A stretch of 64,000 nucleotides of DNA from a virus (taxonomy: Duplodnaviria; Heunggongvirae; Uroviricota; Caudoviricetes). Shown here piece after piece: positions 52,654-61,867 of this stretch; the first letter of the stretch is position 1, and every line of letters begins with the position of its first letter. The notes beneath the pieces are model-generated. The model searched no databases, was not told the DNA's origin, and was given only the letters and a program-made list of their open reading frames with translations. Where the stretch lies: IMG/VR virus record IMGVR_UViG_3300031418_000001. One strand, written 5' to 3'. Position numbers and translations under genes: made by a program.

Positions 52654-55287
52654 ATGGCTGATTTACAATCTCCAGGTGTAAGTGTAACAGTTACCGACGA
52701 CACTATTAGTGCGGCTTCAAGTAACGGTACTGTACCTCTATTTTTTATCGCAACTGCTCAAGATAAGTTAATTCCAAACAGTACTACAGTTGCAAGTGGT
52801 ACAACTGCTGCAAAAGCTGGTAAATTACAATTAGTTACATCACAAAAAAATGTTTTAGAAACATTCGGTTCACCTATATTCCAGAAGAGTTCAGGTTCTG
52901 TAATTCAAGGTGATGAATTGAATGAATATGGTCTTCATGCATTATACAGTTATATGGGCCTTGCAAACCGTGCCTATGTTCTACGTGCTGATATTGACCT
53001 TGCACAACTACAACCTACTGGTGTTGAACCTACTGGCCCTGTTACTAACGGTACACTATGGTTAGATACATCAGCAAGTCAGGTAGAAGCATATGTTGCT
53101 AAAGTTGCTAATCCAACTTCTTTCTACGACTGGCAGTTAACTCCAGTGACTATTGTTAGTTCTGAACAACTATCAGGTATTAATACTTCTGGTTTTAACC
53201 TAAATGATCTGGTAATCCGTCACGTACCAAGTACCGGACAGATGTTAGTTTATATGTACACTGCTAACGGTTTAGCACAACAAGATACTGTACTATCTCC
53301 AATCAATAAAGTACCTACTGCTGGTAAAGTTTGGATTCGTAGTGGTTTCACTCAAAGTGGTACACAGTACTTTGGTACTCGTTTTGTTGTTAAACGCTAT
53401 CGTTCATTAACTAATGTATGGGGTTCTGTACCTGCTTTCACTGGTAACTCTTACCAAGAAGTTGAAGCACAAAGTGGTAAATTAGACAACTCTTACATTG
53501 CAGTTATTTTTGATGAAGATAGTAATAGTTTCAGTATGTTTATTAATAGTGAAGCAAATGCAACTATTTCTGCTGCTGCAACAACTCTTACTGGTACTGC
53601 AAGTGCTGTTGGTTTCCTAACCTTCAAATACCTAAACAAATCAGTTAAGGTACAAGTACTAAATGTCGGTGATGATGTAAGTGGTACTACTATTGTTTCT
53701 AAACTTGGCTTAAGTGCTGATTTAGTTAATGATGGTTTCTCATTCGTGGGTGGTACAACTCTAACAATTACTAACAAGAAAGGTTATAGTTTTGTTGTTC
53801 AACAAAGTGGTCAAGCATCATTCAGTACTGCTGAACTCGACCAACTTGCAACTGATGGTGTACAGAACTATGCAATGCTAAGTTCAACCAACCTATCAGT
53901 AAATGCAAACGAACCTAAGAGTGTTGCATCTGAAGGTACTTTATGGTTTAACTTCAGTAATGAAAATTCAGTAACTGTTACTCTTTATACTGCTGATGTT
54001 AGTACTGACACTTGGACTGTTGTTCAGGATTCTAATAAGTACATCCAGTTAGATGAACCTAACGCTGACCGTCAATTTTGGGTTAAACCATTATCTCAAG
54101 GTGGCGATGGTTATGTGTTCTATAAGAACATTAACGGTTCTTGGACTGAACTTGATACAACTGATCAAAGTACACTAAACGGCGTACTATTTGAAGATTT
54201 CGGTGCGGGTGTACCTGCTGCTGAACTATATCAAAATGGTATGTTAGCTGTTGATATGGGTGCTACTGAAGGTGTTGTACTAAAAATGGTTAGTGGTAAG
54301 TGGCAGGTAATTAGTGGTTCTGCTCTTGATGGTTCTGGTTTATTTGGTCGTGCTGCACAGCGTCAAATTATCGTTGAATCGCTTGCAAGTGCTGTTGTTT
54401 CTAACGAAGATATTCGTTCTGAAACAATTGAATATAACTTAATCAGTGCTCCAGGTTATGTTGAACTACTTGATGAATTAGTAACACTTAATACTGATCG
54501 TAAAGAAACTGCTTTCATCGTTACTGATGTACCAGCACGTTTATCACCAACTGCAATGGCTATTCAGCAATGGGCGACCAATGCTAATAATGCTCCAAGT
54601 AATGGTGAAGTTGGTCGTACTACTGCTTATGCTTATGCTGCACAGTACGGTGGATGGTGCTTAAGTACTAACGTTGATGGCGAAGAAGTTGCTGTACCTG
54701 GTAGTACTATTGCAATGAGAACTTATGCATATAGTGATAGTGTAAGTTATGTTTGGTTCCCACCTGCTGGTACTCAACGTGGCGTAGTAAGTAATGCTGC
54801 TTCTGTAGGTTATATCAATGACGAAGGTGAATATGCTCCAGTAGTATATAATCAGGGTCAACGTGATACAATGTACACTAACAACATTAACCCAATCGCA
54901 ATGCGTCCTAACCGTGGATTACTTGTGTTCGGTGACAAAACTCTATCACCAAATGCTACTTCCGCTTTAAGTCGTGTTAACGTTGCTCGTTTAATTGTTT
55001 ATATCCGTAAACAACTTGAACTACTTGCTGAACCATTCCTATTCAGATTGAATACTGCAAGTACTCGTCAGGCATTTACAGCAGTTGTTAATAGTTTCCT
55101 ATCAGAAATTCTACAACTTGAAGGTCTTCAAGACTTCTTAGTAGTATGTGATGAAAGTAACAACACTACTGAACGTGTTAATCGTAACGAACTATGGATG
55201 GACGTTGCTCTTGTTCCTACAAGAAGTATCAACTTCATTTACATTCCGATTCGTATCGAGACTGATTCAAGCAAGTTATCTCAGTAA
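52654..55287 (+). CDS. tail sheath protein
   Basis: N-terminus MADLQSPGVSVTVTDDT resembles T4 gp18 (MTLLSPGIELKETTV); 877 aa, followed by tube genes. Confidence 0.7.
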   Translation: MADLQSPGVSVTVTDDTISAASSNGTVPLFFIATAQDKLIPNSTTVASGTTAAKAGKLQLVTSQKNVLETFGSPIFQKSSGSVIQGDELNEYGLHALYSYMGLANRAYVLRADIDLAQLQPTGVEPTGPVTNGTLWLDTSASQVEAYVAKVANPTSFYDWQLTPVTIVSSEQLSGINTSGFNLNDLVIRHVPSTGQMLVYMYTANGLAQQDTVLSPINKVPTAGKVWIRSGFTQSGTQYFGTRFVVKRYRSLTNVWGSVPAFTGNSYQEVEAQSGKLDNSYIAVIFDEDSNSFSMFINSEANATISAAATTLTGTASAVGFLTFKYLNKSVKVQVLNVGDDVSGTTIVSKLGLSADLVNDGFSFVGGTTLTITNKKGYSFVVQQSGQASFSTAELDQLATDGVQNYAMLSSTNLSVNANEPKSVASEGTLWFNFSNENSVTVTLYTADVSTDTWTVVQDSNKYIQLDEPNADRQFWVKPLSQGGDGYVFYKNINGSWTELDTTDQSTLNGVLFEDFGAGVPAAELYQNGMLAVDMGATEGVVLKMVSGKWQVISGSALDGSGLFGRAAQRQIIVESLASAVVSNEDIRSETIEYNLISAPGYVELLDELVTLNTDRKETAFIVTDVPARLSPTAMAIQQWATNANNAPSNGEVGRTTAYAYAAQYGGWCLSTNVDGEEVAVPGSTIAMRTYAYSDSVSYVWFPPAGTQRGVVSNAASVGYINDEGEYAPVVYNQGQRDTMYTNNINPIAMRPNRGLLVFGDKTLSPNATSALSRVNVARLIVYIRKQLELLAEPFLFRLNTASTRQAFTAVVNSFLSEILQLEGLQDFLVVCDESNNTTERVNRNELWMDVALVPTRSINFIYIPIRIETDSSKLSQ

Positions 55288-55291
55288 AATT

Positions 55292-55322
55292 AAGAAGTAC
55301 TCGAAAGAGTACTTCTTTTTTT
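55292..55322 (+). terminator. rho-independent terminator (GAAA tetraloop, AGTACT stem)
   Basis: AAGAAGTACTC-gaaa-GAGTACTTCTT followed by TTTTT. Confidence 0.65.
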
Positions 55323-55348
55323 GTAACTATCAAATTCTACATTCCCTA

Positions 55349-55356
55349 AATAAATA
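55349..55356 (+). promoter_or_regulatory. putative late promoter variant AATAAATA upstream of tube gene
   Basis: CTAAATAAATAAG 29 nt before ATG 55385. Confidence 0.35.
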
Positions 55357-55384
55357 AGTAAAAGAATTATTCTTAATTAGGAGA

Positions 55385-56080
55385 ATGACAATGAGTAATA
55401 GTTTAGACAAATTTGGAGTTCCAATTCCAGGTGGCGGTCGTTCACCAATGAAACAACCGAAACCAAAATATCGTTTCCGTATTATGTTGTTTGCATTCGG
55501 TACACCGGATGATGGTACTATGGTAACAATTGATACAAGTACTGTAGCTTCACCTAATCAAAGTTGGGCGAAAACTGAAGTACATAGTTATAACAGTGTA
55601 AGTAACTTTAAAGGTAAGTATACTTGGGAAGAAATCGAAGTTACATTCCGTGACTCCGTTGGTTCTCAACCAATGAAAGCATTATATAACCAGATGCGTA
55701 GAGAGTTTAACCCGTATAGTCAAGAATCTCGTACTGCTGCAAGTCAATATAAATTTGAAATGTGGATTCAGTCTTTAGATGGTTCAAACAGTGAGAATCT
55801 TGAAAATCTATATGAAGGTACTTTACATACTTGGATATGTCAAGGTTGCTTCATTGTAAGTACTAACTTTGGTGATTGGGATTATGCAAGTTCTGATTCA
55901 CAGATTATCACTTTCTCTGTTCAACCTGACAACTGTGTTCTTGTTGATGAAAATGGTAAGCCTATGGGTGATGAAGTATCCGGTAACGGTACTCCTGAAA
56001 ATGCTGTTGGTATGACTTCAAGCCAGCACAACATTCCTTCTGATACACTATCAGATAACAACTTCTTCCGTGGTCGTTAA
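55385..56080 (+). CDS. tail tube protein paralogue 1
   Basis: immediately follows sheath; N-terminus LDKFGVPIPGG...KYRFRIMLFAFG and blocks YKFEMWIQS, ITFSVQPDNC shared with the next gene. Confidence 0.55.
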   Translation: MTMSNSLDKFGVPIPGGGRSPMKQPKPKYRFRIMLFAFGTPDDGTMVTIDTSTVASPNQSWAKTEVHSYNSVSNFKGKYTWEEIEVTFRDSVGSQPMKALYNQMRREFNPYSQESRTAASQYKFEMWIQSLDGSNSENLENLYEGTLHTWICQGCFIVSTNFGDWDYASSDSQIITFSVQPDNCVLVDENGKPMGDEVSGNGTPENAVGMTSSQHNIPSDTLSDNNFFRGR

Positions 56081-56105
56081 TGCAACATTAATGGCGTCAA
56101 ACAAA

Positions 56106-56133
56106 GCCCTGAACCTTCAGGGCTTTTCTTTTT
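56106..56133 (+). terminator. rho-independent terminator
   Basis: GCCCTG-aacctt-CAGGGC followed by TTTTCTTTTT. Confidence 0.6.
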
Positions 56134-56173
56134 GCTAAATAATAATATATGTTTAAAACATAAGGATATTATT

Positions 56174-56950
56174 ATGACAGCATCAATTTTAGACAAGTTC
56201 GGTGTACCTTTACCAAGTGGTAGAAACCGTACTATGAGTCAACCAAAAATAAAACATAAGTTCAGAGTGGTTGTTTTTAATTTCGGTATTGATATTGATG
56301 AGAAAGATTACATGGCAATGAACGTCGATGAAGTAGATCGACCAAGTGTTGAATTTGAAACTTTCCAATTACAGTACTTCAGTGGTAATACAAGTTATAT
56401 TGGAAAACATAACTGGAAACCAATTACCCTTGTTATTCGTGACTCAGTTGATAACTTAGCTGCTAAAGGAATTACCAGACAATTACAGAAACAATTAGAT
56501 TTCCATAGAAGAATTTCGGATCGTTCACAACAACAAACAGCTTCTTATAAATTTAAAATGCTTATTGAAACTACTGGTGGTGCAAATCCCGATGATACAC
56601 TGACAAATCTAATTCGTGATACCGCAGTAGATTCAGGTACAGCAATAACTAATAATCAAGGACTTGTTGGAGCAATTGACGATTTTGTTGGCGGTAAAGG
56701 ATATAACGCAATTAGTAGTTTAGATCGTTGGGTTTGTTATGGATGTATTATTCAGGATATTACATGGGATACACTTAACTACGGTTCTTCTGATTATATT
56801 ACTATCAAACTAACTATTAAGCCTGATAATTGTGTTCAGTACGATATGATTGAGGAAATGTTTTCTAACCGTATTAGTTCTCTATTACCCGATAAAGTTG
56901 ATAATGCTTTAGATATAGTTGATAAAATTTTTGGTAATATTGGATTATAA
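56174..56950 (+). CDS. tail tube protein paralogue 2
   Basis: ATG 56174 after TAAGGATATT; LDKFGVPLPSG...KHKFRVVVFNFG, YKFKMLIETTGG, ITIKLTIKPDNC. Confidence 0.55.
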   Translation: MTASILDKFGVPLPSGRNRTMSQPKIKHKFRVVVFNFGIDIDEKDYMAMNVDEVDRPSVEFETFQLQYFSGNTSYIGKHNWKPITLVIRDSVDNLAAKGITRQLQKQLDFHRRISDRSQQQTASYKFKMLIETTGGANPDDTLTNLIRDTAVDSGTAITNNQGLVGAIDDFVGGKGYNAISSLDRWVCYGCIIQDITWDTLNYGSSDYITIKLTIKPDNCVQYDMIEEMFSNRISSLLPDKVDNALDIVDKIFGNIGL

Positions 56951-56961
56951 GGAGATAATTA

Positions 56962-58053
56962 ATGAGTGATTTTGTAAATGATTTCGTAAGTTCAGGTACT
57001 GATATTGTAAGTAAAGTACTTGATGGAGTTACGGTAGTTAAAGATCCAAACAACCAGCAATATAATGCAGCACAACAAATATTCGGCACAGCCGGAGAAG
57101 GTGGGTTTGACTCATATAATCTTCCTAAGATGAAATTCAGCTTTGTTGTTGAGTTTATTCTATCAGAACAGGCTAAATATTTTATTCAAAACGTACTGTC
57201 AGATACCCATTCAGCTTTTACCGTACTCAATTGTTCTTATTTCATTAAAGATGTAAAACTACCAAGTGCTTCTTTTACTATTGATGAAAAGAATCAGTAC
57301 AATAAAACTCGCTATCAGACAGGCCGTGTAAAATATAAACCAAGTACAATAACATTTTATGACACCGTGGATAGTAGTGCTGTTCTTTTGATGGATGCTT
57401 ATAAAAAATTCTATTATGGTGATTTTTTTGATAAGAGTGGAACATCGTTTGTGAATGACACATTGAGTTCACCAACACAGTTTGAAAATATATCATCAAA
57501 TTGGGGTCGTTCTGTACTTAATAATGGTCAGTATGATAACCAGTACTTCTTTAAAGCAGTCAATATATATGAAGTAGATAGTCAAAATTATACAGTTCAT
57601 AATATGTATAATGCTTTTATTGAAGATATTGAAACGGAAACCAAGTCACATGAAAGTCAGGGTGAACCGTCATTATTAAGTATGACATTGAAATATGAAG
57701 GTATGGGACATAACGCAGCCATCGGCCCTGCTATGGGTTCATCAAGTGTAGAGATAGGTAATTTACTAACAAGTACTGCACTATTCGGTAAATCTGGATT
57801 CTTCAAGTTCTTTGGTGAGTTGGATGATAAGAGTGTTAATGCACTTACCGTCAGTGATGTTATTAAAGCAGGTACGAGCGTATATGATATTGTTAAATCA
57901 GTAGAAGATATTTTAAAAGGTGATTTAAATCCCGATACGGTTCGTAATATTGGCAATGCTGTTGTTCGTGGTGCAAATGCTATTGGCTTAGGTGATGTTG
58001 TTAGTGATGCCAGTTCCAAATTGGGATTAGGTAATATATTGGGAGATTTCTAA
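56962..58053 (+). CDS. tail-tube-fold paralogue 3 (possible tube initiator/terminator, gp48/gp54-like)
   Basis: KMKFSFVVEF, VKYKPSTITFYDTVDSS, MYNAFIEDIETE, LSMTLKYEG parallel the tube blocks; 363 aa with Gly/Ala-rich C-terminal extension. Confidence 0.4.
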   Translation: MSDFVNDFVSSGTDIVSKVLDGVTVVKDPNNQQYNAAQQIFGTAGEGGFDSYNLPKMKFSFVVEFILSEQAKYFIQNVLSDTHSAFTVLNCSYFIKDVKLPSASFTIDEKNQYNKTRYQTGRVKYKPSTITFYDTVDSSAVLLMDAYKKFYYGDFFDKSGTSFVNDTLSSPTQFENISSNWGRSVLNNGQYDNQYFFKAVNIYEVDSQNYTVHNMYNAFIEDIETETKSHESQGEPSLLSMTLKYEGMGHNAAIGPAMGSSSVEIGNLLTSTALFGKSGFFKFFGELDDKSVNALTVSDVIKAGTSVYDIVKSVEDILKGDLNPDTVRNIGNAVVRGANAIGLGDVVSDASSKLGLGNILGDF

Positions 58054-58505
58054 TGCAATCATTTAATCCAGCAAAAATAGGCAATAGCAGACAAGCACAG
58101 GGTGTTTATAACATACAGAACAGAGAAAAGTATATAGGGAATAATCCCCCGATATACAGAAGTTCATGGGAAAAAGATTTCATGATAACATGTGATATGA
58201 ATCCTGCGATTTTCGAATGGGCGGTTGAACCTTTTCCTATTCAGTATGTTTGTCCGTTTGATAGAGTAGTTAAAAATTACTGGCCTGACTTTATTATTAA
58301 ATATGTACAAGCTGATGGTACTATTAAATCTCAGATTATCGAAATTAAACCATATAAGCAGACCAACATGGAATCTGCACGTGGGAAAAAAGCTAAAATG
58401 ATGGTACAAGTTAATCTTTACAAATGGGCGTATGCTCAAAAGTTTTGTGAAGATAATGGGTTAGAGTTTAAAGTACTTACTGAAAAGGATTTATACAAAA
58501 AATGA
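58053..58505 (+). CDS. hypothetical protein with PD-(D/E)xK-like motif
   Basis: WPDFIIKY...(20 aa)...IIEIKPYKQ fits D...ExK spacing; 150 aa (same length as T4 gp4 head completion protein, unverified). Confidence 0.3.
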   Translation: MQSFNPAKIGNSRQAQGVYNIQNREKYIGNNPPIYRSSWEKDFMITCDMNPAIFEWAVEPFPIQYVCPFDRVVKNYWPDFIIKYVQADGTIKSQIIEIKPYKQTNMESARGKKAKMMVQVNLYKWAYAQKFCEDNGLEFKVLTEKDLYKK

Positions 58506-59044
58506 TAGAGAAAAAAGGAATTGCTGAGGCACTTAATTTACCAACACCAGAACAACTTAGTAAGTTGCATGGTATTGACCTTCCTGAATTATATAATGAT
58601 GAGGAAGAAGAAGAAAAAGAGGATATTAGTTTAGAAGAAGCACGTAATGCAATGGAAGCATTAAAACAAATGCGAGTTCAGTTGCGTGAAATTCCTGATA
58701 TTACCTCAAGAAAGGCAATGCTTGATAAGTTAGCAGAAAAAGCAGAAGAAAAGTTCAATGATATTTTCGACCGTGCTTTCAATTGTGAAGATAGATACGC
58801 TTCTGAAATGATCAATGCTGCTACTGCAATGCTTAAAATCGCTTTAGATGCACATTCTAAGGTAATTGATTCAGATGTTAAGCTAATTGATTTACAAATT
58901 AAGAAAGACAAGATCGAAATAGAACTTAACCAGAGTAAAAAAACACATTCTGGTATTGAAAGTTCGCAGGAAAGTATTGAAGGTGAGAAAGTTCAAATCA
59001 TGAACCGTAATGAAAGACTTGCTCAAAGAAATAGTAATAAATAA
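58502..59044 (+). CDS. hypothetical coiled-coil acidic protein (scaffold-like)
   Basis: 180 aa, E/K-rich heptad-like repeats. Confidence 0.3.
   Translation: MIEKKGIAEALNLPTPEQLSKLHGIDLPELYNDEEEEEKEDISLEEARNAMEALKQMRVQLREIPDITSRKAMLDKLAEKAEEKFNDIFDRAFNCEDRYASEMINAATAMLKIALDAHSKVIDSDVKLIDLQIKKDKIEIELNQSKKTHSGIESSQESIEGEKVQIMNRNERLAQRNSNK
59036..59043 (+). promoter_or_regulatory. putative late promoter variant AATAAATA
   Basis: AATAAATAAA overlapping the stop of the upstream gene, 26 nt before ATG 59069. Confidence 0.3.
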
Positions 59045-59068
59045 ATTAAAATACTGATGGAGTTTTAT

Positions 59069-59617
59069 ATGAACAGATTACAAGACATGCTAACTTCACT
59101 AAATCCAGTGTTTTCATATCGTATTAAGTTTGCTTGTGAGCCAAGTACTGAAGAATTACATAAAATTACTTCACGTTTAACTGACCGTTATGATGCATTT
59201 GATATTGGTGCACTGAAAAAGACAATTTTTCAAACAAACCCGATTGATTTTTATAATTTAGATTGTGGTGAGATTTGGATGTTTGATTTTAAATGTCATC
59301 GTGGTATTCAACCACAGATGTTGGTATTTGAAATTGGAAATATTTTAAAATGGCCTGAATCTTTGATTCATGTTCGTAATAACGATGAGCCATATCAAAT
59401 GGAGATTGCTGGCACTGAAGATGACATTGACTTTGATGAAGAATATGAACCTCGTTTATTAGATCCTGAGTACAAAGAAGTACCGGAAGTGGATGCTGAA
59501 GAACTTGGTGGTCAAGGTCGTGCAGATGCAGCAGTTAAAGATGCAATTGATGCTTATAATAAAGATAAGAAGCCATACTTTGACTTTTTATCAGCAGGTT
59601 TTGGTAAAAAGGAGTAA
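59069..59617 (+). CDS. hypothetical protein
   Basis: ATG 59069 after GATGGAG; acidic C-terminus. Confidence 0.3.
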   Translation: MNRLQDMLTSLNPVFSYRIKFACEPSTEELHKITSRLTDRYDAFDIGALKKTIFQTNPIDFYNLDCGEIWMFDFKCHRGIQPQMLVFEIGNILKWPESLIHVRNNDEPYQMEIAGTEDDIDFDEEYEPRLLDPEYKEVPEVDAEELGGQGRADAAVKDAIDAYNKDKKPYFDFLSAGFGKKE

Positions 59618-59620
59618 TAT

Positions 59621-60226
59621 ATGTCGATTCTTAATGAACTTTTTAACGAAGATTTTAGTAAACAGCTTCATGAGCAACAATTAAATGAACTTACACAACC
59701 TTATGGTCGTACTTCCAGTGCAATTAACCGTGCTAAAGGTGCAGTTAAAGGTTTTGTTGGTGGTGGTCAGTATGAACAAGGTGCTGAACAAGCAGGACAG
59801 TTAGCTAATCGCTATTTTATGAATTTTAAACGTTATATTGGTAGTAAATACGGTCGTAAACCACAGTACGTTACGTTTGATGATGTTAAAGGATTCTTAG
59901 ATAGTAATAAATTAGATGCTTCTGGCTTGGGTTCAAACCAGAACATGACATTTACACCAAAAGATGTAGCTAATCTACTTTTAAAAGCTGCACAAGAACA
60001 AGTTTCTTCTGGAATGGTTCCACCAGCACAAGGTAGTAACACGCCACCAGCAGCCGGACAAGAACAAGGTAATTCTGGAGCGGCACAAGGTCAGGGACAA
60101 GGTAATACCCAACCTAATAGTGGTGCATCTGGTTCAAATGGGTCTGATTCATCAATTCCTAATTCTTTATCATCATTAACACCAGAACAACGTGCTCAAC
60201 TACTTTCAATTCTGTCAAGAATCTAA
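59621..60226 (+). CDS. hypothetical Gly/Gln-rich low-complexity protein
   Basis: 201 aa; GQEQGNSGAAQGQGQGNTQPNSGASGSNG tract. Confidence 0.3.
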   Translation: MSILNELFNEDFSKQLHEQQLNELTQPYGRTSSAINRAKGAVKGFVGGGQYEQGAEQAGQLANRYFMNFKRYIGSKYGRKPQYVTFDDVKGFLDSNKLDASGLGSNQNMTFTPKDVANLLLKAAQEQVSSGMVPPAQGSNTPPAAGQEQGNSGAAQGQGQGNTQPNSGASGSNGSDSSIPNSLSSLTPEQRAQLLSILSRI

Positions 60227-60238
60227 TAGGAGTACCGT

Positions 60239-61855
60239 ATGTCTATTTTAAATTTTGTGTTTGAAGAAAAACACACTCCAAAAAAACCTGTGGGTACTAA
60301 AGTTACCCATAGTTCAGGAAAAACCTATATTAAGGAAAGTACTGGATGGTATAATTCGGTAACAGGTAATAAGTTAGACTATAAAAGTAGTCTAATTTTA
60401 GAAGCTGCTAAGGATTATGTAGTTAAGCAAAACGATGGAATTTACATTGATGGAACTAAACTGTCACCAGAACAAGCAAGCCATTTTAAAAATGCTTTTT
60501 ACAAAAACGGCGAATGGCATAGAACGAATGGTGGCGGTAAAATTTCAGGTTCTGATGAATCAAAACTTAATGATGCATTTTATACAATTCAAAATGAGAT
60601 TCATAGAAAAAAATCTGAAGAAAAGAAAGCACAAGCACCTCAAAATAAATCTGATGAACCTGTTAAAGATGTAACCCAAGGAAATTTGAAAAATGTTGAT
60701 GGTATGTATATGCTTTATGGCATTGAAGTTCCACCTGAGAAGGCCAAACCGTTTCAACGATATGCAAGACATGATGCTAAATGGTATGACAGAAGTAATG
60801 GCAAAGAAGTAACTGGTAATTTATCTAATGAACTTGAAAATAACTATCAAAGTATTTTTAATAGTAATGATAGTACTTCCGATGAAAAACCATCAAATGA
60901 TGAAGCTAAATCTGATACTCAGTCGAATGAACCACAGGGTTCTACTGAAGTAAATGATCAAGTACCAGCAAATACTCAGCAAAATACAAATGCGTCATCA
61001 GAGACAGATGATAGTACTAATACAGAAAATGAAGCAAGTTCTGGTAATTCATCTATTCCGAATGGATATGTATATACATCCGGTAAAGGTAATAAGTTCA
61101 TCTTTAAAAATGGAACATGGTTCAATTTAGCTACTAAAAAGCCTGTTAATCAAAGTAATGTTAATATGCTTAATCGTTCCGCTGAAAAAACAATCACCGA
61201 TTATAATTCAAAGAATGATATTAAAATTGGTTCTAAAGTTACATCAAATAAAGGAACTGAATATACATTTAATGGTACTGGTTTTATTTCTGGTGAAGGA
61301 AAAACCTTATCAGGTGGTGCTGCACAATCTGCGATGAATAAGTTAAAAGCACAGCAAGAATCGAGTTCATCAAGTGCAAATAATAAAGAACAACAATCTG
61401 ATAATGTGAATTCTTCTGAAGTTAAACCTGACGATTCTGGAATTGTACCAGGAGAAAGTGCTTTAGATACTCAAACAAACACACAGGGAGGTTCTAACGT
61501 ACCACCAAGTGAAGGTGAAAGTTCTAATAGTTCAGAGCAGTCTGATGATTATAATGCTCAAAGTATTATAAACAACTTGAATTCTGAAGAACAGGGTACA
61601 CAGGGTGGTGATAGTACTGATAGTACTGATAATGCACCTAAACCAGAAGATACCCCGCCTGCAAGTAATAATAGTAATGATCCACTAACTAAACTTGCAC
61701 AAAAAATTAAGGGTAACAAATATAATAAACAAATTGTTACTTTATTATCTCGTGGTAGTGATATGGATATACTTGCTGCTGATATTTTACTTAACGGTAA
61801 TATTCAGGAAGTAATCAGCCAATTGCAATCACTAAATAATTCAAATACACAATAA
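60239..61855 (+). CDS. hypothetical repeat-containing protein
   Basis: 538 aa; at least 5 internal ~35-aa repeats of the form G(T/N)x(Y/F)xxxxGxW(Y/F)Nxx(T/G)GKxL; S/N/D/E-rich linkers. Confidence 0.35.
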   Translation: MSILNFVFEEKHTPKKPVGTKVTHSSGKTYIKESTGWYNSVTGNKLDYKSSLILEAAKDYVVKQNDGIYIDGTKLSPEQASHFKNAFYKNGEWHRTNGGGKISGSDESKLNDAFYTIQNEIHRKKSEEKKAQAPQNKSDEPVKDVTQGNLKNVDGMYMLYGIEVPPEKAKPFQRYARHDAKWYDRSNGKEVTGNLSNELENNYQSIFNSNDSTSDEKPSNDEAKSDTQSNEPQGSTEVNDQVPANTQQNTNASSETDDSTNTENEASSGNSSIPNGYVYTSGKGNKFIFKNGTWFNLATKKPVNQSNVNMLNRSAEKTITDYNSKNDIKIGSKVTSNKGTEYTFNGTGFISGEGKTLSGGAAQSAMNKLKAQQESSSSSANNKEQQSDNVNSSEVKPDDSGIVPGESALDTQTNTQGGSNVPPSEGESSNSSEQSDDYNAQSIINNLNSEEQGTQGGDSTDSTDNAPKPEDTPPASNNSNDPLTKLAQKIKGNKYNKQIVTLLSRGSDMDILAADILLNGNIQEVISQLQSLNNSNTQ

Positions 61856-61867
61856 GGAATTATTAGA

